In this document: positions 44,018 through 52,981 of the stretch, one piece after another
Layout of the letters: each line of letters starts with the position of its first letter
Position numbering within the stretch: the stretch's first letter is position 1
Sequence record: NC_061450.1
Reading direction: 5' to 3' (one strand)
Length of the DNA: 64,000 nucleotides
Made by a program: the position numbers and the translations under genes
The notes under the pieces: model-generated
Databases searched by the model: none
The model's input: only the letters and a program-made list of their open reading frames with translations
What the model was told of the DNA's origin: nothing

Positions 44018-45151
44018 ATGGCGAAGGCTAAATCAATCCAAACGACCAACACCAATCTGCTGTATGCTCGTGTTGTTCGTGCTGACGGTACTAAAACGTT
44101 CATCAACAAAATCAACGCCAACGGTTACGGCACTGACGCGAAAGGTGGTCAGATTCACAAAACGCGTATCGTCCAGGCAGGCAAAACTTTGCGTGAACTG
44201 CCAGAAGCTATGGCGAAAGGTGAGTTTGTTCTTGTCGGTGGTATCGCGCACAAGCTCAACAAAAAACAACAGCGTGGCCTTGCGTCTGGTGACGATGCGT
44301 TTCTCGATGATATCAATGTTGACCTCGATCGTCTGCAATTCGTTGAGCCTGAGACTGCGACAACCGGCCGTCGTGCTACTCTGCATACGCCAGAGACTAT
44401 CGCAAAGCGTGTGTCCAAGCGTGCTCTGAAATCAGCAACAGAAAAAGCTGAGAAACAGCCCAGCGCCAAGCGTTCACGCAAAGCAGCAAAAGCTGAGGGC
44501 ATTGAGGTTGATATGCTCGACAAGAAATCACAGACAGCCACACGCAAGCGTGATCGTAAAGCCGCATCCGATACATCTGTGATTAAGCAGATGCCACGCG
44601 AGTTAAAGCGGCTTATCAGTGACGGCCAGATCAAGCTCAACAGCAAGCAAGCTGAACAGGTGCTGACAAGTCTGGGGCTTGACGCTGAGTTTTACGCTAT
44701 GTCCATTGAGAAACATTTCGGTGGTCTGAGTCTTGTACTGCCTCAACGTGAAGCGCCTGTAGAGAAGAAAGGCAAACGTGCTTCTACCAAAGAGCCGACG
44801 TATGTTGCTGCCAAGCAGGTCAAGCAGTTGGTCAAGAATCTCAAAACCCGTCTGGTACCGCCTACAGCAAAGTTCGCCGCTCAGCACAAAAAGAAACTTA
44901 AGGAAGTGCGTGAGTTCTGGAGCAAGGCTCTGGGCATGAGTTCTCACAAGGACGTCAAGCCCGGCCTGACAGTTATCGACGACTACGGTAACAAGTTAGT
45001 GCTGGTAGCGATTGACGCTGTATCAACAGTGTTCGCTCCAGCCAAGAAAGACGGCGATGAGCGTTTGTTTGCTCATGCCCTTCTCAATCAGAACGGCAGC
45101 CCACGTCACTTTAAGCTGGCACCTGCTGATGAACTGGATGCGTCCGTATGA
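44018..45151 (+). CDS. basic K/A-rich protein, paralog of 42447
   Basis: GGAG SD; shared TNL..DGTK..I...GY..D N-domain. Confidence 0.85.
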   Translation: MAKAKSIQTTNTNLLYARVVRADGTKTFINKINANGYGTDAKGGQIHKTRIVQAGKTLRELPEAMAKGEFVLVGGIAHKLNKKQQRGLASGDDAFLDDINVDLDRLQFVEPETATTGRRATLHTPETIAKRVSKRALKSATEKAEKQPSAKRSRKAAKAEGIEVDMLDKKSQTATRKRDRKAASDTSVIKQMPRELKRLISDGQIKLNSKQAEQVLTSLGLDAEFYAMSIEKHFGGLSLVLPQREAPVEKKGKRASTKEPTYVAAKQVKQLVKNLKTRLVPPTAKFAAQHKKKLKEVREFWSKALGMSSHKDVKPGLTVIDDYGNKLVLVAIDAVSTVFAPAKKDGDERLFAHALLNQNGSPRHFKLAPADELDASV

Positions 45152-45546
45152 AGATAAAACACAACGACGTTCTGGTAAATGGCATTTTTGCTCAACTGTA
45201 TAGCCGCATGACACTCGCGGCTTGTCAGGGTCTGTATGTTTATTGGGGCGACCTTAGCCCAGTATTGTTTGGTATGCAGTTTGATAAAGTAGACGACGAT
45301 CAAGCAGAAGCCCTGTGGGCCATTCTTGATGAGTCAATCAAGATGGACGCCAAAGCTGGACGTCTGCCACTTGCAGCATTGTTTGTATCTCGCAAAGGCG
45401 GAGCGCGTACACCACGCGACCAGTTCTATGTGTCCTATAAACACCACTACGGTAAAAGCATCACCGAGCAGGACTGGTCAGATATTGTAAAAAGTATCTG
45501 GCAGACCTACCAACTGCGCGGTAAATCGCTGGAGCATTCAAAATGA
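45148..45546 (+). CDS. putative winged-helix protein
   Basis: YWGDLS..ALWAILDESI..AGRLPLAALFVSRKGG..PRDQFY resembles small wH domains often fused to HNH nucleases. Confidence 0.45.
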   Translation: MKIKHNDVLVNGIFAQLYSRMTLAACQGLYVYWGDLSPVLFGMQFDKVDDDQAEALWAILDESIKMDAKAGRLPLAALFVSRKGGARTPRDQFYVSYKHHYGKSITEQDWSDIVKSIWQTYQLRGKSLEHSK

Positions 45547-46013
45547 AGCCGAGCAAAGTTAAGATCAGCCGTAGCCCGATGCGTCCCGAAGAAGTCAACC
45601 ACAAGCTGGCAAACATTGCCAACATGATTCTCGGCACCATCGGAACGCAAGTGACGTTGATGAGTCAGACCATGACTCTCAACATGGCAAACTATCACTG
45701 GCTTACCAACGTAACAGACACAGAGCAAGATACTCCTGCCAACAAGCAGCTCTTGCATAAAACTGTAAAAGACGTAAACGAGTATTGTAGAACCAACAAG
45801 ATTCGTCTGGGATTACTAATTATCCCGCACACGTCTGCTTCTGATTACGCCTCAGATGAAGTGTGTGCCATTCCGTGGGCGCATGTCTGTACGGACGCAA
45901 GACTACGCCAGACGGTTAAGAGCCTGTTTGAAAGGGTTGAAGCTGACAACGAAGACGGACACAAGTTTGTGCGTGACGCCAAAACCGATGCAGAGGGTGG
46001 CAATGTTTTATAA
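45543..46013 (+). CDS. hypothetical protein
   Basis: GGAG SD. Confidence 0.75.
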   Translation: MKPSKVKISRSPMRPEEVNHKLANIANMILGTIGTQVTLMSQTMTLNMANYHWLTNVTDTEQDTPANKQLLHKTVKDVNEYCRTNKIRLGLLIIPHTSASDYASDEVCAIPWAHVCTDARLRQTVKSLFERVEADNEDGHKFVRDAKTDAEGGNVL

Positions 46014-47253
46014 AGAACTGTTTTCGCCAGAGGAACATCAAACGTTTTTGAATTTGGTGGGCTGGCGATTAATTGATAGCGCGGTACCCAAGTATCTTGA
46101 AAGCTCCCAGCACGCGCTTAAGGTGCGACACAGTGTGATCAAGTACAACCGCCCGTCACAGATTACTACGCCTATCTTGCCGCGTATTCGTACCACAACT
46201 GTTATGCGTTTGTTTCGTGCCATTCGTGATGGCAACTTGGGATTGCCTTGTGCGCAGCTTGCTGCATTGTTTGACCTGGGTATGGGCGTTCCCAAGCAAC
46301 GTGACATTGCGCAGTACATCAGGGACTACAATCCTGAACATGACCCAAACGGCGAAGCACTTAAAAGCATTCGCACTATGGTGGTACAGTATCAGCGCAA
46401 GGTTCGTCGCAGTCTGAACAACTGGCAGTATCTGCCACCAGCAGAGTATGTGGCTCAGTTGTTGAAGATGCAGCGGTTCATCGGTCTCAAAGAAAACGGT
46501 TACAAAAAGCGTCTTGCAGTACCGGACGGGATACCTGTTGTGTTGATCTACGCGAACAGCAACGTGGCTGAAAAAGAGTTCACGCTGGTAGATGCGTTTA
46601 TGATCAGCGCTCTTGGGTATCCCGTTCCATTTGCTCAGACGGCATTGCGTAAAGAGTTCAAAGCGCCAAAGACATTCAAGTCTAAAGCGTTGGCAGGACG
46701 CAGTATGTACGCGATGGTTATGGGTATTGTCTACTGGCCTGGAGAAAAGGCTTTCAAGATGATGCGCATGTGCCGTAGTCTGGACATTGATGACTACACT
46801 GTGTTGCTTGACCAGTTCGAAGACCTGCAAAGTAAAGAGCTACGTCAGGCGTCAAAGCATCGCATGATAGATCGTGAGCACCACGAAGTTATGCGGACCA
46901 CTGTTACCAAGTATGAGCATCGTGATGACCTCACAGCCAAGCAAGCTAAACGTTTGGCAGAAGCTCAAGAGTATTTCCAGCAACGGCGTGATGCATTGAG
47001 CCAGCTGGATAAACTCGAAAAGCAGGCAGCGCGTGAACTTGAACGCACAGGCCCTGTAGCCTCCGCGCACTTCTGTGCGGTAGATGCAGGTACCATTGTA
47101 AACCGCGACCAGTATCTTGGAGTCAAGAATACTCTGGAGCGTACTGAAACCATTCTCGGCGGTTGGGGATTCGAAACGTTATCGAATGCAGCCGTGCGTG
47201 ATTCTGAAATGACTTACATCGATGGTCCGAAAGGACGTTGCTGGTCACTTTAA
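46003..47253 (+). CDS. hypothetical protein
   Basis: GAGGG SD; 416 aa; C-terminal coiled coil. Confidence 0.85.
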   Translation: MFYKELFSPEEHQTFLNLVGWRLIDSAVPKYLESSQHALKVRHSVIKYNRPSQITTPILPRIRTTTVMRLFRAIRDGNLGLPCAQLAALFDLGMGVPKQRDIAQYIRDYNPEHDPNGEALKSIRTMVVQYQRKVRRSLNNWQYLPPAEYVAQLLKMQRFIGLKENGYKKRLAVPDGIPVVLIYANSNVAEKEFTLVDAFMISALGYPVPFAQTALRKEFKAPKTFKSKALAGRSMYAMVMGIVYWPGEKAFKMMRMCRSLDIDDYTVLLDQFEDLQSKELRQASKHRMIDREHHEVMRTTVTKYEHRDDLTAKQAKRLAEAQEYFQQRRDALSQLDKLEKQAARELERTGPVASAHFCAVDAGTIVNRDQYLGVKNTLERTETILGGWGFETLSNAAVRDSEMTYIDGPKGRCWSL

Positions 47254-47275
47254 CTGTTTATCTGAGGAGATACAA

Positions 47276-50200
47276 ATGACCGATACTAACAACAGCGGAG
47301 CACAGCGCTTTGGTGCTGAGGAACAACAGCGCAGCGCAGACGCTCAACGCTTGGCAAATGCTGGTGGCGAGAAGTGCGATATCATCGTAGTTCTTTCACC
47401 GACCAGCAACACTGATGATGTTCAGTCGCTGGACCGTGACGGTAACCTGCAGGCATATAACTTTACTGGCGTCAAATCTCATGACCGCCTGGTGCAGTTG
47501 TTAGAGCACGTGGGTCCTGAAAACAAAAAGCCACATTCTGCCTGGCACATCTTTCAGCCATCAAGTGGCGTGCCTGCTGAAATCAGTGTGGTGGAATCGT
47601 TTGATAATAAGTATACCGCGCGGGTTGTTCGCTATTCTGTAAATCTAACTGTCAACGAAATGCGCAGCTTGCTGAGCCGTGCATTGTTCGACGTTACCGG
47701 CGAAGGCGATCTCAACGATACCGTGTCTAAAGCAGGTATTTTCGCAATCTTCCTCATCGAAAACAAACAAGCTGTAAATGTAGTTCGTGAGATTGAGAAC
47801 CAGTTCGAAATTCTGCGTAGTCAACATGCAACTGTAAGTGTTGCCGATATCAGCGACGAAGAACTGGAGCAGCCTGTAATCAACTGGCGTAATCTGCCTG
47901 GCGCAAATAACTTTGTGCTGGTCGAAGGCGTGAAGCGTGCCTTCGTTATTCAGAACATGCAGGGACAGTTAGTAACCTTTTCAAATTCCGTTATTGGAGA
48001 ACAAACCGTGGCACCACAAAATAAAGCACCAGTAGTTGATGCAGTTGATCTTGATGATGACCAGTTCGACGCGCCAGAAATTAAAGGCCGTGACTTCCTG
48101 GGCTATCAAGCTGATCAGCTGACCATCGAAAACAAAACCGAAGCGCTGCTGGCGCTGAACTACGATCTGACCGACTGGGAAGATGAAGCCATCGAAGAGA
48201 CGTTCCTGGCTGAGCAAGAGAAGTTTCTCGAAAGCAGCGAAGACGAAGACAGCGAAGAAGCTGCCGACGATGCTGATTCAGAAGATGAAGAAGACGGCGA
48301 AGAAGAAGCTGCCGACGAAGATGAAGATGGCGAAGAAGCTGAGTTCAGCGCCGTTGACACCTTTGCCGATCTGCTTGACGAAGCGCAGTATGACCGTGCC
48401 AACCTGAAACGCATTATCTTTATTCTGGGCGGCACCTGCCTTCGCGCTGATACCGAAGAAACGCTGACTGCCAAAATTCTGGCTAACATCGCCGAGCGTG
48501 AACTCGACGAAGCTGAGTTTGTCGAAATGCTGTCCGACGTTATCGTTAGCGGCATGGCTCAACGCGGTGCTGATGCGCAGGTATTCTCTGACTGGCTGGA
48601 CGCGTCCGATGAAGACGCAGAAGAAGACAGCGAAGAAGCTGACGATGCGGACGATGCGGACGATGCTGATACCGACGAAGATGAAGACGAAGATGAGGAA
48701 GAAGACGAAGCCCTTTCGTTTGAAGATCCTCTCGATGCCTTTGACTACGACGGTGCACAGCTTGACGCGCAACAGCGTATCGATGCTCTGACCGCGCTGG
48801 GCGTTTCTACCGAAGGTCTGAACACCATTCAGATCATGAAGCTGTTCCGTGCCAAGCAGGAAGAGAACGGCCTGAATACTCATGAGCCAGAAGACATTGC
48901 TGATGAAGAAGAATCAGAAATCGCTGTCCTGCTGGCAACTGCCGAAGAAGAAGATCTGTGCACCATCCTTGATCTGATTGGCGTACCGTACGATGCAGGC
49001 TCAGATCGTAGTGACCTGATCGAACTGATTGAAACCTCTGGTGGCGAACCTGAGCACGGTACCAACCTCTACAACGCAGCGCTGAGCTACGGCCTGAACG
49101 CAAGCGAAGTAAACGACGTTACCTATAGTGATGTGCTGGCGGCATTCCTGCTGGCGTACTTCTCTGTAGACAGCGGCGAAGACCTGGACGGCGATGATGC
49201 TGATTTTGCCGAAGACGATGATGCAGAAGACTCAACTGATTTTGAACGTTCAGTTGGTGAGCAAATCGTGCAGGCTGCGGGCGAAGCAAATCACGGCGCA
49301 AACCCTCTGGGCATTACGCTGGACGACGGCGCTAAGTTCCTGACTCCAGGTGAAAACACTCCTGCTGGTCGTCTTATGTCAATCGACATGCCTCAGTCGC
49401 TGATCATCAACTTCACGCTGACTGACCGCAACACGTTTGAAGACAGCGATGAGCTGGCAGATGTTGACGGTCTGAACTATCGCTTCCCGTTCAACAATCC
49501 GAAGCTGGAAGAGAAAGCACGCGGCAGCATGTATCAGCCGGCGGCAACTCTGATTGAAATCATGGAGCGCGGTGCAACTCCACGTTTCCTGGTAGACCAG
49601 AGCCAGTTCGACGTTGAAGCGTACAGTTCAAAACTCAATGACCTGTTCGGCGCTGAAATCGAAGGCAGCCTGTATCAAGGCCTGCTTGAAGACGGTGAAG
49701 ACCCTCGCGAAGTTGGTCTGAAAGTCGGTGACTTCATCGATGATGAAATGCTTGAAGATGACGACATTGATCCGAGCTACTGGAAAGACTTTGTCGGCCA
49801 CGACATGGCGATTCACTCTCTGATCAACGGCCACATCGGTGTGCGCCCTGTAACCATCGAAGAGCGTAACTCAGTCCTGTGTCTGGGCGTGCTCAACGTT
49901 GCTCTGCCTGGCGTTTGGTCAATCAGCGATAAGCAACTGCCTAAGATGCTGGACACAGCTATCAACGCAGTCAAATCGCTGCTGGCTGAAAACACCAAGA
50001 TCAACACCTACGTTGCGTTCACCATGAGCAGCGGCAGCCTGGTTGCTGATCGTACTCTGTTCAACGTTGTTGACCATCTGCGTGACAACTACGAAGAAGT
50101 GTTTAGCTATTCTTCTGCTGATTGCGCCGTGTTCGAAGACAACGAAGACATTCTGGAAATCGCATCCAGCCTCGACAACAACGAGCGCCTGCCGCTTGAA

Positions 50201-50323
50201 GTTCTGTCCTCGGGCTATGCAGCCAAAACGTTTGAGAACGGCGGTGACCTGACCCTTCTGATTCCGTGCTTTGAGTCTGACGATGCAGACGACGAAGACG
50301 AAGACGAAGGCGACGACGAATAA
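47276..50323 (+). CDS. very large acidic multidomain protein
   Basis: GAGGAG SD; about 1015 aa; several D/E tracts separating short helical modules. Confidence 0.9.
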   Translation: MTDTNNSGAQRFGAEEQQRSADAQRLANAGGEKCDIIVVLSPTSNTDDVQSLDRDGNLQAYNFTGVKSHDRLVQLLEHVGPENKKPHSAWHIFQPSSGVPAEISVVESFDNKYTARVVRYSVNLTVNEMRSLLSRALFDVTGEGDLNDTVSKAGIFAIFLIENKQAVNVVREIENQFEILRSQHATVSVADISDEELEQPVINWRNLPGANNFVLVEGVKRAFVIQNMQGQLVTFSNSVIGEQTVAPQNKAPVVDAVDLDDDQFDAPEIKGRDFLGYQADQLTIENKTEALLALNYDLTDWEDEAIEETFLAEQEKFLESSEDEDSEEAADDADSEDEEDGEEEAADEDEDGEEAEFSAVDTFADLLDEAQYDRANLKRIIFILGGTCLRADTEETLTAKILANIAERELDEAEFVEMLSDVIVSGMAQRGADAQVFSDWLDASDEDAEEDSEEADDADDADDADTDEDEDEDEEEDEALSFEDPLDAFDYDGAQLDAQQRIDALTALGVSTEGLNTIQIMKLFRAKQEENGLNTHEPEDIADEEESEIAVLLATAEEEDLCTILDLIGVPYDAGSDRSDLIELIETSGGEPEHGTNLYNAALSYGLNASEVNDVTYSDVLAAFLLAYFSVDSGEDLDGDDADFAEDDDAEDSTDFERSVGEQIVQAAGEANHGANPLGITLDDGAKFLTPGENTPAGRLMSIDMPQSLIINFTLTDRNTFEDSDELADVDGLNYRFPFNNPKLEEKARGSMYQPAATLIEIMERGATPRFLVDQSQFDVEAYSSKLNDLFGAEIEGSLYQGLLEDGEDPREVGLKVGDFIDDEMLEDDDIDPSYWKDFVGHDMAIHSLINGHIGVRPVTIEERNSVLCLGVLNVALPGVWSISDKQLPKMLDTAINAVKSLLAENTKINTYVAFTMSSGSLVADRTLFNVVDHLRDNYEEVFSYSSADCAVFEDNEDILEIASSLDNNERLPLEVLSSGYAAKTFENGGDLTLLIPCFESDDADDEDEDEGDDE

Positions 50324-50377
50324 ATCTGTTAATGTAGGGCGTAGCGCATGTTGCGCCCTCATCTTTCGGAGAACACC

Positions 50378-51253
50378 ATGTCAGACAAGATTGATGCGAG
50401 TGAGGCTATAGCCAATCATATTGCAGGCTTGGAGTCTCAACTTCGCGGCGAAAAGATTGTTAGCTCCAGTCTTCAGGAAGAGCTTAACGACCGTGTTGTG
50501 GAGCTGGCTGCTGTTGGTGCACAACATCGTGCCAAGCAGAAACTAAATGACCAGCTGGTTGAGACGGTCAATGCCGTTCGTGCTGAGCTTGAATCTCAGC
50601 GAACCATGTTCAGAGAAACAACGTTGGAGCTGCAACGCCAGCACAACGAAACGCGCACCAGTCTGGAGCGCAGTGAGCGTGAACTTGAAGCTGAACGCAA
50701 CCGCCCTCTGGGCAGCACAGACTTCATCATGCACATGATGGTCACGCAAGCTGCATCGTGGTTAAATCAGCGTGTTCTTCTGACCTTTACGCACAAGGCA
50801 TTCACGCACAAGGGCTTGACTCGTTTGCAGGGTCTTGTGCTCAACGCTCAAACCACCAGCGCAGATCTGATTGACTTGCCTCAAGGCTTGCAGGAAATTG
50901 TAAAGACGTATTGCACAACATCGCGTACAGCATTTGATTCCGATCAGTTGCTGGCAGATATTAGTAATTATGTTGATAGCAATGCATCAACAATCCTGGA
51001 ACTGCCCGCCGTTCAGGACCTGTTTGAGTTTCGTCAGTCTCTGCGTGAGAATGCGAAGACCGAGAAACTTGCCCGAGCGCACCTAAAACACATCGCATGT
51101 CCAGACGTGTTGGTGGGCTTCTTTGTAATGACGACTGATAACCCAGTTGTTTATCGTGAGCAGCACGAACACGCGCTGCTTGAATCTGTAAAAGAAATTG
51201 CAGTGAGTTTCATTGAAGATATTTCTTTTGAAATTCCTATCAGTCTCGAATAA
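50378..51253 (+). CDS. coiled-coil protein
   Basis: GGAG SD; heptad-rich N-terminal half. Confidence 0.85.
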   Translation: MSDKIDASEAIANHIAGLESQLRGEKIVSSSLQEELNDRVVELAAVGAQHRAKQKLNDQLVETVNAVRAELESQRTMFRETTLELQRQHNETRTSLERSERELEAERNRPLGSTDFIMHMMVTQAASWLNQRVLLTFTHKAFTHKGLTRLQGLVLNAQTTSADLIDLPQGLQEIVKTYCTTSRTAFDSDQLLADISNYVDSNASTILELPAVQDLFEFRQSLRENAKTEKLARAHLKHIACPDVLVGFFVMTTDNPVVYREQHEHALLESVKEIAVSFIEDISFEIPISLE

Positions 51254-51261
51254 CACACAGT

Positions 51262-51273
51262 AATTCTGTAAAC
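51262..51273 (+). promoter_or_regulatory. TGTA-core motif
   Basis: AATTCTGTAAAC about 50 nt before ATG 51324. Confidence 0.45.
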
Positions 51274-51323
51274 GTTATTAGAACAAACCGGCACACGCCA
51301 TCGATTATTAATCTGGAGTTTTC

Positions 51324-51878
51324 ATGTCAAAGTCCACCGCTGTTTCTGCACCAACTCGTACCGACCGTCTGAGCAAAAAGCTGGGCAGCATTGCTACCTC
51401 ACTGGCAAAATCAAGCGCGATGCCGCACGACATTATCATCACCGCAACGCAGGTTCATGAAGTGCCTGGCTTTATCACCGAGCTGACTTCTGATAGCGTT
51501 ACCATTCGTCACAAAAAAGGCCACGGCAGTTCCTCGCAGGTGCTGTCTACTTTCCCACTATCTCAGGTTATCGAGCGTGTCGGTGAAGCTGGTGGTCACG
51601 GTTCACTGACTGTTATCGGCAACGTGCCTGTTCGCATTCTGAAAGGTCAAGCCGTTCAAGTCAAAGGCGGTCAGATTCTGGCTACTGACTTCGAAAGCAA
51701 AGAAGTTACCGTGATCAACACTGCGATTCCTGGCGTGTCTGTTTCAATGTCTGTTAACGAAAGCGCGGCTGCCAAGAAATACAACATCGCGGCACCGACC
51801 AAAGCGAAGAAATCAGACAAGCCGGCCAAAGCAGTTAAAGGCGCTAAGCCTGCCAAGGCAGCAAAATCAAAAAAGTAG
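51324..51878 (+). CDS. beta-rich protein with AKP-rich basic tail
   Basis: GGAG SD; ends KPAKAVKGAKPAKAAKSKK. Confidence 0.85.
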   Translation: MSKSTAVSAPTRTDRLSKKLGSIATSLAKSSAMPHDIIITATQVHEVPGFITELTSDSVTIRHKKGHGSSSQVLSTFPLSQVIERVGEAGGHGSLTVIGNVPVRILKGQAVQVKGGQILATDFESKEVTVINTAIPGVSVSMSVNESAAAKKYNIAAPTKAKKSDKPAKAVKGAKPAKAAKSKK

Positions 51879-51914
51879 TTTCTGACGAAGATTTTTAATC
51901 TCAGTCAGTAAATA

Positions 51915-51987
51915 CTGTAAACTGTATTCGTCAAGAGCGCTGAATTGTTTGGCGCTCTAGTTAAACCTAATCTGTAAACTTTATTCG
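51915..51987 (+). promoter_or_regulatory. tandem TGTA-core motifs
   Basis: CTGTAAACTGTATTCG (51915-51930) and CTGTAAACTTTATTCG (51972-51987), 15/16 identical, each followed by a hairpin. Confidence 0.55.
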
Positions 51988-52023
51988 AATCACGTCGATT
52001 CTAATCCATAGGAAAAAGTAATC

Positions 52024-52791
52024 ATGGCAAAAGCTAAAGCAAATACCGCAACTATCGTTCTGGCTAAAATCCTGGGTGTGTTTGTTGAGAACGCAAGCGA
52101 TAAAGAAATCGCTGCTGCCCTGGCCGAAGCCGGTCTGACAGTATCTGGTGGCAAAGTCGTTAAGGCTGATAAAGCTGCCAAAGGCGGTAAAGGCAAGAAA
52201 GCTAAAGTCGCAACTGTTGAGCAGATCGTTGCTGCGGTCAAGGCCGAAGAAGAAATCGACCTGGCCGGCGTAAGCGAAGATGACCTGCGTGCCGCTGTAG
52301 TCAAAGCCAAGCTGTCTACCGCCAAGAAAGCTAAGGCGCTGGACGCAGAGGAGTTGACTGAACTCCTGAACGATGCAATGGGCGTTGAGTCTGACGAAGA
52401 AGAAGACGAGGACGAGGACGAAGACGACTCGGACGAAGAAGACGAAGACGAAGATGAAGACGACGCCGATGAAGATGAAGACGGCGACGACGAAGACGAA
52501 GACGAAGATGAAGATGAGGACGAAGACGAGGATGAAGATGAGGACGAAGATGAAGTCGACCTCGACAACCTCGACGAAGATGAGCTGTTAGCTCTGGTCC
52601 TCGAACACAAGCTGGCGCCAGCCAAGAAAGCTAAAAAGATGGACGAAGACGAACTTCGCGAACTGTGTGAAGCCCACTTCGGCGGCGATGACGAAGAAGA
52701 AGAGGACGAAGACGAAGACGAAGACGAAGATGAGGACGAAGATGAAGACGAAGACTTCGACGACGAAGATGAAGACGAAGACGACGAATAA
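52024..52791 (+). CDS. polyampholyte protein with two HeH-like repeats and long D/E tracts
   Basis: AGGA SD; repeats 300 nt apart; about 55-residue D/E tract. Confidence 0.85.
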   Translation: MAKAKANTATIVLAKILGVFVENASDKEIAAALAEAGLTVSGGKVVKADKAAKGGKGKKAKVATVEQIVAAVKAEEEIDLAGVSEDDLRAAVVKAKLSTAKKAKALDAEELTELLNDAMGVESDEEEDEDEDEDDSDEEDEDEDEDDADEDEDGDDEDEDEDEDEDEDEDEDEDEDEVDLDNLDEDELLALVLEHKLAPAKKAKKMDEDELRELCEAHFGGDDEEEEDEDEDEDEDEDEDEDEDFDDEDEDEDDE

Positions 52792-52844
52792 GTCCTGATC
52801 TGCCGCGCCGCTAGTATGTCACGATGTGAGTAACTAGCACAGCG

Positions 52845-52900
52845 AAAAAACTTCGAAAAAAGTTGGAAAAATCTTGTAGGCGTGCATTGCAGATGATAAT
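52845..52900 (+). promoter_or_regulatory. phased A-tracts upstream of a -10-like GATAAT
   Basis: A-tracts start at 52845, 52856 and 52867 (11-bp period); GATAAT 52895-52900. Confidence 0.5.
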
Positions 52901-52981
52901 GTACGTCTACAGGAAATGAAAACCTGAACACTTTTGTTTTTAACTCGCGCAAGAGCGCACACCAAAATTCTGGAGAAGAAT

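Noticed and set aside
52384-52790. GAAGAC/GATGAA tandem repeats as a microsatellite or CRISPR
   Set aside because: In-frame codons for D/E tracts with synonymous variation; no constant repeat with unique spacers anywhere in the window
51990-52952. 320-aa poly-Ser minus-strand ORF
   Set aside because: Direct complement of GAC/GAA/GAT (Asp/Glu) runs; a shadow ORF
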